A stretch of 64,000 bases of DNA from assembly GCF_000737315.1 (NCBI RefSeq), contig NZ_JMCB01000005.1:434001-498000 (forward strand), read 5' to 3'. Under the pieces are notes generated by a model. It saw only the letters and a program-made list of their open reading frames with translations, had not been told where the DNA came from and made no database searches. Position numbers and translations under genes: made by a program. Numbering within the stretch: position 1 is the first letter of the stretch; every line of letters begins with the position of its first letter. Source of the DNA: Hyalangium minutum. Its GTDB lineage: Bacteria > Myxococcota > Myxococcia > Myxococcales > Myxococcaceae. Shown here one piece after another: positions 11,351-21,343 of this stretch.

Positions 11351-12000
11351 GCACCTCCCAGATGAAGAGGCTCTCTGCCCTGCTGGCGTTCGCGCTGCTG
11401 TCCTTGCCGGCGGTCTCCTCGGCGCAGACGTACTTCCGCTTCCCCGCCTCGCAGCTCGCTGATCAGTGCGGCAACGGGGGTTGCACGGTGAGCGCTTACA
11501 AGGACTACGGGGGCCGGGACTACGCCTGTGGCGGCGTGCGCTACGCCGGCCACACCGGGACGGACTACGCCCTGGTCGGTGGGTTCAGCAAGATGGACTA
11601 CGGCGTCTGGGCCATGAACGCCGCCAGCGGCACCATCGAGTCCGCGGTGGATGGCTACTTCGATCGATGCACCTACTGGGATCAGTCCAACCCCTATAAC
11701 GCCTGCGGCCTCTACACCGCCAACTACATCATCATGCGGCACGCGGACGGCACCAAGACGAAGTACTGGCACCTGAAGAAGTACACGCAGCAGTTCGCCG
11801 TGGGCACCTACCTGACCTGCGCCTATTGGATCGCACTCGTGGGCTCGTCAGGCGCCTCTACGGGGCCGCACCTGCACTTCGAGTACTGGGTGCCGGGCTA
11901 TGGCACGGACGATCCCTACGGCGGCTCCTGCGGGACTCCCTACACGCGGTGGACTTCGCAGGGCGCGTACCGCGGCCTGCCAGGCATCGCCTGCCAGTAG
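11347..12000 (+). CDS. Secreted M23-family metallopeptidase
   Basis: HTGTDY (HxxxD) and GASTGPHLHFE (HxH); signal peptide; GTGA overlap with upstream gene. Confidence 0.85.
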   Translation: MSTSQMKRLSALLAFALLSLPAVSSAQTYFRFPASQLADQCGNGGCTVSAYKDYGGRDYACGGVRYAGHTGTDYALVGGFSKMDYGVWAMNAASGTIESAVDGYFDRCTYWDQSNPYNACGLYTANYIIMRHADGTKTKYWHLKKYTQQFAVGTYLTCAYWIALVGSSGASTGPHLHFEYWVPGYGTDDPYGGSCGTPYTRWTSQGAYRGLPGIACQ

Positions 12001-12225
12001 CCTGCTTGCTGGGATAGGTATGAGGGGGAGCCCCGGTCCCAAAACCTGGGGCTCCTCTAGAGCGCCGAGACGCAGCCCGTGGTGCGCAAGCCGAAGCGCG
12101 AGCCTACGGTGGGAAGCCTCTTCGTGCTGCCCGCCGCGCCCGAGGCGAAGCCGCTCAGTCCGAAGGCGAAGCCCCAGAAGCCGCGATAGCTGGTCTTTGG
12201 AGAAGGCCTGGCGCATCCTGGACCC

Positions 12226-13224
12226 ATGAAGGCCTCCTTCCTGTCGCTGTTCGCTGCGTTCGCTCTCCTGGTGGGGACTGCTCCTCGCGCCGAGACGCCT
12301 CCGGCGCCGGTGGCTCCGGCTCCCAAGCCCTCTCAGGTCCGCGTGAAGAACCTGCGCGTGACGGTGCTCTCCACCATGCTGGCGGAAAAGGGCATTGGAG
12401 AGTGGGGCTTCGCTGCGCTGGTCGAGGCCGATGGACGCCGAATCCTTCTTGATACCGGCTACCTGCCCAACACCGTGCTCCAGAATGCCAAGGAGCAGGG
12501 CATCGACCTGTCGGACATCACCGACGTCATCCTCAGCCACAACCACGATGATCACACGGGTGGGCTCGTCACCCTGCGCCGCGAGCTGTCCAAGAAGAAC
12601 CCCGCCGCGCTCTCCCGGGCGCACGTGGCCCCGGGCATCTTCTGGAGCCGGCCCAAGAAGGACGGAGGGGAGGGCAACCCCATGGTGGCCTTCCGCCCCG
12701 AGTATGAGGCCGCGGGAGGCACCTTCATCGAGCACACCGGGCCGGTGGAGCTGGCCCCCGGCGTGTGGCTCACCGGTCCGGTGCCTCGCCCCAACCCCGA
12801 GCGCAACTGGAGCAGCAAGGGCCAGGTGCAGTCCCCCCAGGGGCTCGTCGAGGAAACCATCCCCGAGGATCAGGCGCTCGTCATTGATACGGATCAGGGA
12901 CTCGTGGTCATCACGGGCTGTGGACACGCGGGTGTTGTCAACATCCTCGAGTTCGCGCGGAAGCAGGTGCGCTCCGCTCCCATCCACGCGGTCCTCGGTG
13001 GGCTGCACCTGTTCCGTGCCGATGAGAAGACGCTGGCGTGGACGGGGCGCAAGCTCCGGGAGATGAAGCTCGGCCACCTCATGGGGGCGCACTGCACCGG
13101 CATCGAGACCGTGTTCCGGCTGCGCGAGCTGGCCGGGCTCCAGCGGAGCACCTGTGTCGTCGGCGCCGTGGGTGCCTCGTTCGAGCTGGGTAAGGGGTTG
13201 AATCCGCTGGAACTCGCTCGCTGA
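12226..13224 (+). CDS. MBL-fold metallo-hydrolase, exported
   Basis: LSHNHDDHTGG, GCGHAG, GAHCTG. Confidence 0.85.
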   Translation: MKASFLSLFAAFALLVGTAPRAETPPAPVAPAPKPSQVRVKNLRVTVLSTMLAEKGIGEWGFAALVEADGRRILLDTGYLPNTVLQNAKEQGIDLSDITDVILSHNHDDHTGGLVTLRRELSKKNPAALSRAHVAPGIFWSRPKKDGGEGNPMVAFRPEYEAAGGTFIEHTGPVELAPGVWLTGPVPRPNPERNWSSKGQVQSPQGLVEETIPEDQALVIDTDQGLVVITGCGHAGVVNILEFARKQVRSAPIHAVLGGLHLFRADEKTLAWTGRKLREMKLGHLMGAHCTGIETVFRLRELAGLQRSTCVVGAVGASFELGKGLNPLELAR

Positions 13225-13369
13225 GCGAGTGGGAGGGCTGTCGCCGGGGCGACAGTCTGGGGGCCGCCTGGCAAAGGAGCCGCGCACTGCGCGGGCCGCG
13301 TTCGCACATTTGTCCGAAGAGGAGCCGCTGGAGAGGGCAGGTGGGCTGTCCGGCTCGGGAGCGGTGCGG

Positions 13370-15481
13370 ATGATGCCGGCGCATGCCAGGGATCCGTCGT
13401 ACTGGTGGGATCGATTCATCGCCTCGGACCCGGCGCTTGTCCGGCTGAAGATGGGGCTGCGCGCCATGCTGGGGTTGAGCCTGGGCCTCGCCGCCATCGC
13501 GGGGCTCGGCACGCTCCTTCACCAGTCCATCTCCGTCGCGCTCGTCGGCGTGATGATGGGGATGATGGGCGCCATCAACGTGCAGGATCCGCACCCCCGT
13601 GAGCAGCGGGTCACCTTGCTCTGGGCCATCCCTATCTCCATCGCCGCGGTGGGCGTTGCGGCGCTCTCCGCGCCGAGCCTCGTGGTCAGCGCCATCGTGT
13701 TCCTCGGGGTGATCTTCCTGGCGATCGCCGCTCAGCGCTTCGGTCCTCGCGGGGTGGGGCTGGGGATGATCGGCTTCATGCTCTTCTTCCTCTCGCTCTT
13801 CTTTCACGCGCCCGTGGCGCAGCTCCCGTGGGTGCTCGCCAGCGTCGCCGTGGGAGGCTGTGTCGCCTACGCCGTCCGCTTCTGGCTCGTCCGCGACCGG
13901 CCCGAGGCCTCGGTGCGCCGCGCGTTCGCGTCCTTCCGCCGCTCCCTGGCCCTCTTGATGGTGGACATCGGCGAGGTGCTCGATGTGCCGGATGAGCAGC
14001 GGCGGCTGGCGCTGCTGCGGCGCGCGGCCCGGCAGGTGAACGAGGCCGCGCTGGCGGTGGAGAAAGAGATCGAGAATGCCGACCCCGAGAAGCTCATCCA
14101 CGGATTCCGCCAGGCCGAGCTTCGCGAGTACCTGCTCGAGCTGGAGCTCACCGCCGAGCGGATCGTGTTCGGGATCTACCGGGTGCTGGAGGCTGGGCCT
14201 CTCTCTCCTGAGAAGCGGCAGTCGCTCGTGGCCGAGCTTTCGGTGCTCCGGCGCCAGCTTCGCGACACGGGGGCGGCGCGCGCTCAGCCCGTGCCTCCAT
14301 GGGGCGCCAACTCCGATGGCAGTGCGGCTGCCTCCACGGAGCCTGCCTTTACCGCCCTGGAAGGTTCGCTCAGCTACCTTCGGGAGCTGATCTTCCGGAC
14401 TCCGTCTCAGTCTCGTGCCGCCGCTCCGGTCTCGACAGAGGCGGCACCAGTGCTCGAGTTAGAAGCCCCGGCCTCAGTGGGCTCTGCAGCGCCGCTCCAC
14501 CCCTCGACGCGTCAGGCGATCCAAGCCACGGTCGCGGGGGCGCTTGCCATCCTCGCGGGCCACGCCGTCTCCAGCACCCGTTGGTTCTGGGCGGTGATTG
14601 CCTCGTTCGTGATCTTCAACCGCGCAACCACCCGGGGCGACATCCTCTTGCGCGCCTGGCACCGCATCCTTGGCACGGTAATCGGTGTGCTGGCGGGCAT
14701 CTTTCTCGCCACCGTGGTGCGAGGCCATCGGGATCTGGAGTTCTTGCTCATCTTCGTGTGCGTGTTCCTCGGCTTCTATTTGATCCAGGTCTCCTACGCG
14801 TGGATGGTCTTCTGGTTCACCGCGCTGCTGGCCGTGCTCTACAGCCTGCTCGGCCTCTACTCTCCGGAGCTCCTCTACCTCCGGGTGTGGGAGACGCTCG
14901 TCGGTGCGGGCATCGGCGCGGTGGTCGCGGTGGTGCTGCTCCCGGCTCGCACGGGCGTTGGCGTCAAGCGAGCTGCCACCGAGGCCTTGCTCAGCGTGGC
15001 GTCCTTCCTGGAGGCTGCTGCGACTCTTCCCGGCGGAGAGGTCCTGAAGCGTGTGCGGGAAATGGATGGGAAGCTGCGCGAGGTGAGGGACGCCGCCCGT
15101 CCGCTCACGGATCGCCTGCTCCTCTCGGATCGCCAGGCGCTTCGACTCGTCCATGCGCTTGGCACGCTCGCCTTCTTCGTGAAGCAGCTCGCGCCCGCCT
15201 GTGTCCGGCTCCCCGCAGGGGAGGAGCGGATCCGGCGGCTCGAGATGCTCTTGGCCGAGAACGCCCGCTCCGTGGCCGCTTCCTTCTCCGTCGCAGGCGC
15301 GCCGATGCCCGATGCGCTCGATGCGGCGCTCCAGTCCGTGCGCGAGTCCCTCGCCCAGGCGCGGGAAGGAGAAGCCCGAGGCTTACCCCGAGTGCTCCAC
15401 TGGCTGGAGCGCATCGATGCGGCGCTGCTGGAGGTCTACGCCAGCCGGGGCGTGTTCCTCGCGCGGAGGAAGCTGGCCTGA
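13370..15481 (+). CDS. FUSC-family membrane protein
   Basis: Two TM blocks; RQAIQATVA, RILGTVIG, RVWETLVG. Confidence 0.8.
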   Translation: MMPAHARDPSYWWDRFIASDPALVRLKMGLRAMLGLSLGLAAIAGLGTLLHQSISVALVGVMMGMMGAINVQDPHPREQRVTLLWAIPISIAAVGVAALSAPSLVVSAIVFLGVIFLAIAAQRFGPRGVGLGMIGFMLFFLSLFFHAPVAQLPWVLASVAVGGCVAYAVRFWLVRDRPEASVRRAFASFRRSLALLMVDIGEVLDVPDEQRRLALLRRAARQVNEAALAVEKEIENADPEKLIHGFRQAELREYLLELELTAERIVFGIYRVLEAGPLSPEKRQSLVAELSVLRRQLRDTGAARAQPVPPWGANSDGSAAASTEPAFTALEGSLSYLRELIFRTPSQSRAAAPVSTEAAPVLELEAPASVGSAAPLHPSTRQAIQATVAGALAILAGHAVSSTRWFWAVIASFVIFNRATTRGDILLRAWHRILGTVIGVLAGIFLATVVRGHRDLEFLLIFVCVFLGFYLIQVSYAWMVFWFTALLAVLYSLLGLYSPELLYLRVWETLVGAGIGAVVAVVLLPARTGVGVKRAATEALLSVASFLEAAATLPGGEVLKRVREMDGKLREVRDAARPLTDRLLLSDRQALRLVHALGTLAFFVKQLAPACVRLPAGEERIRRLEMLLAENARSVAASFSVAGAPMPDALDAALQSVRESLAQAREGEARGLPRVLHWLERIDAALLEVYASRGVFLARRKLA

Positions 15482-15530
15482 GCTGCGCTATCATTCGGAA
15501 CTCCAAGGGCCGGTGACAGGAGCGTCCGAC

Positions 15531-15833
15531 GTGCAGAGCAAGAGCTTCGGTGGGTTGATGCTGATGGGACTGATGCTGGGATGTGCCACGGCGGCTCCGC
15601 CGCCGCAGGCCTCGGGCACCACCGCTCAGGGCACCCAGAAGGAAGAGAAGGCCGCGGCCGCTGACGCCCAGAAGAACCCGGACCCAACCCTCATCTGCGA
15701 GAGCGTCGCCGTCACGGGCAGCCACATCCCCCGGAAGGTGTGCCGCACGGCCCGTCAGGTCGAGAAGGAGCGCGATGATGCGCAGAGGGCCGTCCAGAAC
15801 GCGGACAAGGTCAACCGCGACTGGGGCAAGTAG
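15531..15833 (+). CDS. Small lipoprotein
   Basis: AGGAG RBS then GTG; lipobox MLGC; CESVAVTGSHIPRKVC. Confidence 0.7.
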   Translation: MQSKSFGGLMLMGLMLGCATAAPPPQASGTTAQGTQKEEKAAAADAQKNPDPTLICESVAVTGSHIPRKVCRTARQVEKERDDAQRAVQNADKVNRDWGK

Positions 15834-16062
15834 CCTCCGCGCTAGCGCCGCCACATCGCGTCGGCCCTGCGGCCCAGGGTCACCCGTGTTCTGGGAAAGG
15901 TGGGTTGATCACCTACGTTAGCGCGCCTTTGAAGAATGGCTGTGCCGTCAAATTTCAGCTTTCTTGGAAAAAAGAACCTCAATCCCGGTATAGTCAGGGG
16001 CGTCTGAGGGGGGACGGATGATCGGTGTTCGCAGGGCAGTCCATCGGGTTTCGGAGGTCGAT

Positions 16063-17574
16063 ATGCAGTCCCCTCAACGTGTTGAAGACGTCTCCCCGTC
16101 CATGAGGGGTGCTGAGCCATCGAGCTTGGCCCATCCTGGAGTGGAGGCGCGAGGGCTGCCCCTGCCCACGCCCGCCTCGGCGTCGACGCGCGGCCGGCTG
16201 GCCCCGGGCTTCGCCGCGAAGCTGAACCTGTTGGTGGACTTGTTCCTGCTGGTGGGCGCGCTGCTGGGCTCCACGCTGCTGATGGGGCACAAGCTTCAGG
16301 TGAGCAACCTGGACCTGTGGCTGATGGTGGGCATGGCGGGGCTGGGTTGGCTGCTGCTGGGCACCGCGCTGTGCCTGTATGACCCGCGCTTCTCGGATCG
16401 GGCGCCGCTGGACGATTTGGCGCTGGTGTCCATCACCGTGGTGTCCATCACGGGCATGCTTTACCTGGAGCGCCTGCTGATCGCGGGCGGCTATCCGGTG
16501 GTGGCGCTGACGGGGTTCCCGTTGCTGCTGTGGGGCAGCGTGGTGGCGCTGCGGCAATTGGTGTTCCGGCGGCTCGCGGTGCGTGAGGAGCCGCTCGATG
16601 AGGCACTGGTGCTGGGCGTGGGCGCCATGGGCCGGCTCACGGGCGAGGATCTGATCCAGCGCGGCCGCCGTCACGTCATCGGCTACCTGGCCTTCAGCAC
16701 CGAGCAGCTCTTGTCCGCGGTGCCCGGCCCGGTGCTGGGCAAGGTGGATCGCCTGGAGGAGGTGCTGTGCCAGGTGCCGGTCGACATTGTCTACATCTCG
16801 GGCAGCGTGCAGAAGCACGGCGCGGAGATGCAGTCGGCCATCAAGCTGTGCGAGCGCTTTGGCATCCCGTTCGCGCTGCCGGCGCACCCGTTCCGCATGG
16901 ACCGGGCGCGTGCCCAGGACAGCCATGCGGTGTCCGACGGCTACCTGCACTTCGTCACGAACCAGCCTCGGCCGCACCAGATGGCCATCAAGCGCCTGTT
17001 CGACATCATCTCCTCGGCCGCGGCCCTGCTGGCGCTCTCGCCGCTGCTGGTGACGGTGGCGGCGGCGATCAAGCTCACCTCGCGTGGCCCCATCTTCTTC
17101 AAGCAGAAGCGCGTCGGCCTGCACGGGAAGACGTTCGACATGCTCAAGTTCCGCTCCATGGTGGTCAACGCCGAGGAGCTGCGCGCCAAGCTCGAGGCGC
17201 TCAACGAGCAGAGCGGCCCCGTCTTCAAGATCAAGAACGACCCGCGGATCACTTCCATCGGCCGCTTCATCCGCAAGTACTCGATCGACGAGCTGCCTCA
17301 GCTGCTCAACGTGCTGCGCGGTGAGATGAGCGTGGTGGGCCCGCGTCCGCCGCTGCCCAAGGAGGTGGAGAAGTACGCCGCCTGGCAGCGCCGCCGCCTG
17401 TCCGTGCGTCCGGGCCTCACCTGCATCTGGCAGGTCTCCGGCCGCAACCAGATCTCCTTCGAGGAGTGGATGTACCTGGACATGCAGTACATCGACAACT
17501 GGACCCTGCTGACGGACCTGAGCCTCATCGTCAAGACGGTTCCGGTGGTCCTCACCGGCAGCGGCGCCAGCTAG
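16063..17574 (+). CDS. Polyprenyl-phosphate sugar-1-phosphate transferase (WbaP/WcaJ type)
   Basis: KRLFDI, KFRSM, SIDELPQL.NVLRGEMSVVGPRP, RPGLTCIWQVSGRN; GGAGG RBS. Confidence 0.92.
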   Translation: MQSPQRVEDVSPSMRGAEPSSLAHPGVEARGLPLPTPASASTRGRLAPGFAAKLNLLVDLFLLVGALLGSTLLMGHKLQVSNLDLWLMVGMAGLGWLLLGTALCLYDPRFSDRAPLDDLALVSITVVSITGMLYLERLLIAGGYPVVALTGFPLLLWGSVVALRQLVFRRLAVREEPLDEALVLGVGAMGRLTGEDLIQRGRRHVIGYLAFSTEQLLSAVPGPVLGKVDRLEEVLCQVPVDIVYISGSVQKHGAEMQSAIKLCERFGIPFALPAHPFRMDRARAQDSHAVSDGYLHFVTNQPRPHQMAIKRLFDIISSAAALLALSPLLVTVAAAIKLTSRGPIFFKQKRVGLHGKTFDMLKFRSMVVNAEELRAKLEALNEQSGPVFKIKNDPRITSIGRFIRKYSIDELPQLLNVLRGEMSVVGPRPPLPKEVEKYAAWQRRRLSVRPGLTCIWQVSGRNQISFEEWMYLDMQYIDNWTLLTDLSLIVKTVPVVLTGSGAS

Positions 17575-17577
17575 GCC

Positions 17578-18495
17578 TCAGCGGACCCGGATCATCCCCG
17601 TCATGCCCACCGCCGCGTAGAGCCCGTTGCTGTAGATGAAGTCTCCGGCCAGCGGGAAGGTGAAGTCCTTGCGGTCAGAGAAGAAGACGTAGGTGATGGG
17701 CGTGAACGGGGCGCCCGTGGAGATGCTCGCGGGCACCCCCGGCATCAGGCCGTAAGTCTGGAACGGGCCTTGGAAGGAGACCGTCTGGCCCGCCGCGATG
17801 CTCAAGCAGCGCGGGGAGTAGCGGTTCCCGAGCTCGTTCCCGAACCGCACCACGCGCTCCGCGCTGTCCGCGCTCGCGTCCACGAAGTCCTGTGGGGTGC
17901 AGCCCACCACCTCCGAGAAGTCCTCGGGCCCCGGCCGGGGCTCCGGCTCGCGGCAGGCCCCCTCGGGATCCAGCTTGCGGAGCTCTGGAGACGTAAACCC
18001 ATTCCGGATCGCGTATTTCTGCACGGCCCCGAGCCGGGTTACGTCGGAGGTACGGATCTCCACGTCCCAGTCGACCGAGGCCTCGAGCACGCCATTGCGC
18101 AGCGTGACCGTGCCCCCAGTCGTGTAGCCGATCTCCCGGCTCGCGCCGCCAATGCGGCTGTGGGTCGACTCACAGCGAGTCCCCGTCCGGACCACACCCT
18201 GATCGGGCGTGGCGAAGTCCACGAGCAGGGTGCATTGGCCCTCCGGATCGATCATCAGCGCCCGCTCCGTTCCCCCGCATTCCACGAGCGCCATGCAGCG
18301 CTGCTCCTGGGGGAAGTCCTGTTCCACAGGCCCGCTGGAGGGGACGAAGAACTGCTCGTGGACATCTAAGGAGGCGCACCACACGGGGTGCTGGCCCTCC
18401 GAGGGAGTGGAAGGACATCCCCCCGACAGCATGGGGGCCAGTGCCCCCACCGCCGCCAGCAGCTTCATTCTCACGCTGCGCATGCCTGCTTTCAT
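17578..18495 (-). CDS. Exported protein with C-terminal cupredoxin-like domain lacking Cu ligands
   Basis: YSPRCLSIAAGQTVSF...FPLAGDFIY...GMTGMIRV; possible lipoprotein signal (SGGC). Confidence 0.55.
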   Translation of the reverse strand: MKAGMRSVRMKLLAAVGALAPMLSGGCPSTPSEGQHPVWCASLDVHEQFFVPSSGPVEQDFPQEQRCMALVECGGTERALMIDPEGQCTLLVDFATPDQGVVRTGTRCESTHSRIGGASREIGYTTGGTVTLRNGVLEASVDWDVEIRTSDVTRLGAVQKYAIRNGFTSPELRKLDPEGACREPEPRPGPEDFSEVVGCTPQDFVDASADSAERVVRFGNELGNRYSPRCLSIAAGQTVSFQGPFQTYGLMPGVPASISTGAPFTPITYVFFSDRKDFTFPLAGDFIYSNGLYAAVGMTGMIRVR

Positions 18496-18550
18496 GCGCT
18501 CAGTGAAGCCCGGGTCTCAGCGCGGAGGCAAGCTGCCCCGGCCCTCGCGC

Positions 18551-20014
18551 TCACGAGGGGTTGACGCCCGCCACCAGGTAGAAGCGGATCTCCCCCGAGT
18601 TGACGCCGTACGCCACGTCCACGCCCACCAGCGGCAGCACCACGCTGCGCAGGAACAGGCGCAGGCCCAGCCCGAGCCCCTGGGCCACCGTGGCGCTGCC
18701 CACTCCGTCCTTCGAGTCCTCCAGGTAGCCCCGCACCACCCGGCCCGTCACGTCCCGCAGCTGCCGGTCCTCGGGGATGCTCCGCCACATCATCACCCCG
18801 GTGTCCGAGAAGGCCACGCCCCGGAAGGACAGGGAGCGCACGGTGAAGAGCGGGAAGTGGTACTCGGCCGTGAAGGAGGTGCGGGTGTCGCCTCGGAACT
18901 GCCGGTAGATGAAGCCGCGCAGCGAGCTCGCGCCCGCCACGAACTCCTGGTGGAACGGCAGGTCCACGCCCAGGGACACCTCCCCGCGCAGCACCAGGTT
19001 GTGCTCCTCGAAGAAGCGCAGGCCGTGCCGGTACAGCAGTCCGAAGCGCTGGTAGCGGAACTGGCTCCCCACGCCCGGGTTCGACAGCTCCAGCGAGCCC
19101 TCGATGTTCAGGCCCTCCATCACGGCATGGAGGTTCTGCCGGGTATCAATTCCCATCATCAGCCGCAGCGAGGCGTCTCGCTGCACCGGGCCCGGCTCGA
19201 AGGCCGGCTCCGTCACCGGCGTGTCCTGGCTCGGATCCTGGGCATCGATGAGCATCAGCCGGTACTTCGCGCCCACGCGCACCCGCTCGGCGATCATCAC
19301 CGACAGCTCGCTCGCGGCGGAGGCCGAGTTGAGCCGCGTGCGGCGCCGCACCTCGGGCACCTTGGCGCTCGCTCCCGGCTGGTACTCCTCCACCCGGTCG
19401 CTGCGCAGCTGGCCCTCGAAGCTCAGCCGCAGCGGAGGAAAGCCAAACAGGTTCGGATCCAGGAAGCCCACGAAGAGGCCGCTCTCGGCCGTGCTCACCT
19501 GCACCGCCGCCGCGAACTTCTTGCTGCGGCCCCACAGGTTGCTCTCCGCGTACAGCACCCCGCCGCCGATGTTCGAGTTGGACACCGAGAAGGTGGGCGC
19601 TACCACCCATGAGGCCTTGTCCTGCACCTGGAGCACCACCCGCGCCCGGCCGTCGCCCGTGGGCTGTGTGCTGACGTGGACCTCCTGGAAGAGGCCCGTG
19701 GCCAGCAGCCGCCGCTCCACCCGCGTGAGCTCCTCCGGGGTGACGGTGTCTCCCGCATCCAGGCGCGAGTAGTCCTGCACCGTCTCGGGCCGTGTCTTTT
19801 CCGTGCCGAGCACCACGACCTCGCTTACTACCAGGGGGCTCCCGGTGGGCTCGGCCGGCGGGGGCAGGGAAGGGGACAGCTCGGGGGCAGCAGGGGCCTC
19901 GGGAGCGGGAGACGTGTCGGGAGCAGGGGGCGGTTCGGCCTCCTGGGCGCTCGCTCGTGGGGCCGCGAGGCTCAGCGTGACGGCCAGATAAAACCCTACC
20001 CATCCTCTGGTCAT
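18551..20014 (-). CDS. BamA/TamA (Omp85) family outer-membrane protein with POTRA domain
   Basis: Signal peptide; POTRA (GTEKTRPETV..RLLATGLF); SLRGFIYRQFRGD; barrel C-terminus. Confidence 0.8.
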   Translation of the reverse strand: MTRGWVGFYLAVTLSLAAPRASAQEAEPPPAPDTSPAPEAPAAPELSPSLPPPAEPTGSPLVVSEVVVLGTEKTRPETVQDYSRLDAGDTVTPEELTRVERRLLATGLFQEVHVSTQPTGDGRARVVLQVQDKASWVVAPTFSVSNSNIGGGVLYAESNLWGRSKKFAAAVQVSTAESGLFVGFLDPNLFGFPPLRLSFEGQLRSDRVEEYQPGASAKVPEVRRRTRLNSASAASELSVMIAERVRVGAKYRLMLIDAQDPSQDTPVTEPAFEPGPVQRDASLRLMMGIDTRQNLHAVMEGLNIEGSLELSNPGVGSQFRYQRFGLLYRHGLRFFEEHNLVLRGEVSLGVDLPFHQEFVAGASSLRGFIYRQFRGDTRTSFTAEYHFPLFTVRSLSFRGVAFSDTGVMMWRSIPEDRQLRDVTGRVVRGYLEDSKDGVGSATVAQGLGLGLRLFLRSVVLPLVGVDVAYGVNSGEIRFYLVAGVNPS

Positions 20015-20061
20015 GGTGCCGGGGACGATAGACCGATTCGCAGCGCCTCGGGGGCCTTGGT

Positions 20062-21306
20062 ATGCAGTCAGGTATGACGGATGTGAACCAGCAGCTATTG
20101 GATGCCACCGTGGTCCCCCAGAAGAGTGTGACGGGGGATGCGGTGTCTGCTTCAGCCTCCACCAACGCCGCCCGGCGCAGCACGGTCCTCCCGCGGCTGG
20201 AGTGGACGGGTGACCGGCCCCGCATCGTTCCCTTCCAGCGCGAGCGCTTCGAGGAGCTTCGGGCCCTGGGGCAGGGCGGCATGGGCGAGGTGGTGCTGCT
20301 GAAGGACCACGACATCGAGCGCACCGTCGCCCTCAAGCGGCTGTCCGAGAGCCAGGACCTGGATCGGGTGCTGCGCTTCGTGGAGGAGATCCGCACCGTC
20401 GGGCAGCTGGACCACCCGAACATCGTCCCCGTGCATGACGTAGGGGTGGACGAGAGCGGCCGGTACTACTTCTTGATGAAGCACCTGCAGGGAGAGACGC
20501 TCGAGTCCATCATCACCCGGCTTCGGCAGGGAGACCGCGCCGCCCATGCGCAGTACCCCTTCCAGGCGCGGCTCCAGCTCTTCCTGGGCGTGCTGCACGC
20601 GCTGTCGTACGCGCACCGCAAGGGCTTCATCCACCGGGACCTCAAGCCCTCCAACATCATGGTGGGGCCCTTTGGCGAGGTGACGGTGATGGACTGGGGG
20701 CTCGCCCGGAAGTACCGCCGGCCCGGCGACGCGGGCTCCGCCGAGGACAAGGCCAGCGCTCCCAGTGCCCAGGGGCTACGGGAGTCGGCCTCGCTGCTGA
20801 CCCAGGCGGGCGCCGTCATGGGCACGCCGCTCTACATGTCTCCCGAGCAGGCCCGGGGCGAGCACGACTCGCTGGATCCGCGCAGCGACATCTACAGCCT
20901 GAGCGCGCTGCTCTACGAGTTCCTCTTCCTGCGGCACTACCTGGAGGGGCGCGAGTCGATGGCGGACATCCTCGAGGGCGTCAAGACGGTGACTCCCTCG
21001 GTGGAGACGACCCCCGAGCATCCGGCGCAGACGCGCGTGCCCGCCGAGCTGTGCTGGTTCGTCATCCGGGGCCTCGCGAAGAATCCGGCGGAGCGCTACG
21101 CCTCCGTGGATGAGATGGTGGAGGAGCTCCAGAGCATCCAGAGCGGTCGAATCCATGTGATGTGCCAGCGCACCTTCATGAAGAGCGTGCTCCATCGGCT
21201 GTTGAGGAGCGTGGACCAGAACCCGAAGGTGGTCATGCTGGGTTCCGCGGCGGTAGCGGCGCTGATCCTCGCCGCCTTCGCTCAGGCCCTGCTGCGGCTG
21301 TTCTGA
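20062..21306 (+). CDS. Ser/Thr protein kinase with C-terminal TM helix
   Basis: GQGGMGEV, VALK, HRDLKPSN, DWG, GTPLYMSPE. Confidence 0.92.
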   Translation: MQSGMTDVNQQLLDATVVPQKSVTGDAVSASASTNAARRSTVLPRLEWTGDRPRIVPFQRERFEELRALGQGGMGEVVLLKDHDIERTVALKRLSESQDLDRVLRFVEEIRTVGQLDHPNIVPVHDVGVDESGRYYFLMKHLQGETLESIITRLRQGDRAAHAQYPFQARLQLFLGVLHALSYAHRKGFIHRDLKPSNIMVGPFGEVTVMDWGLARKYRRPGDAGSAEDKASAPSAQGLRESASLLTQAGAVMGTPLYMSPEQARGEHDSLDPRSDIYSLSALLYEFLFLRHYLEGRESMADILEGVKTVTPSVETTPEHPAQTRVPAELCWFVIRGLAKNPAERYASVDEMVEELQSIQSGRIHVMCQRTFMKSVLHRLLRSVDQNPKVVMLGSAAVAALILAAFAQALLRLF

Positions 21307-21343
21307 GAGCCCCGGACTGAGCGCCCTCAGGCGGGGCGCTTGC

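Noticed and set aside
12081-12190. Protein-like tail (RKPKREPTVGSLFVLPAAPEAKP...) between the M23 and MBL genes
   Set aside because: No convincing start or RBS and an in-frame stop just upstream; at most an unidentifiable remnant.
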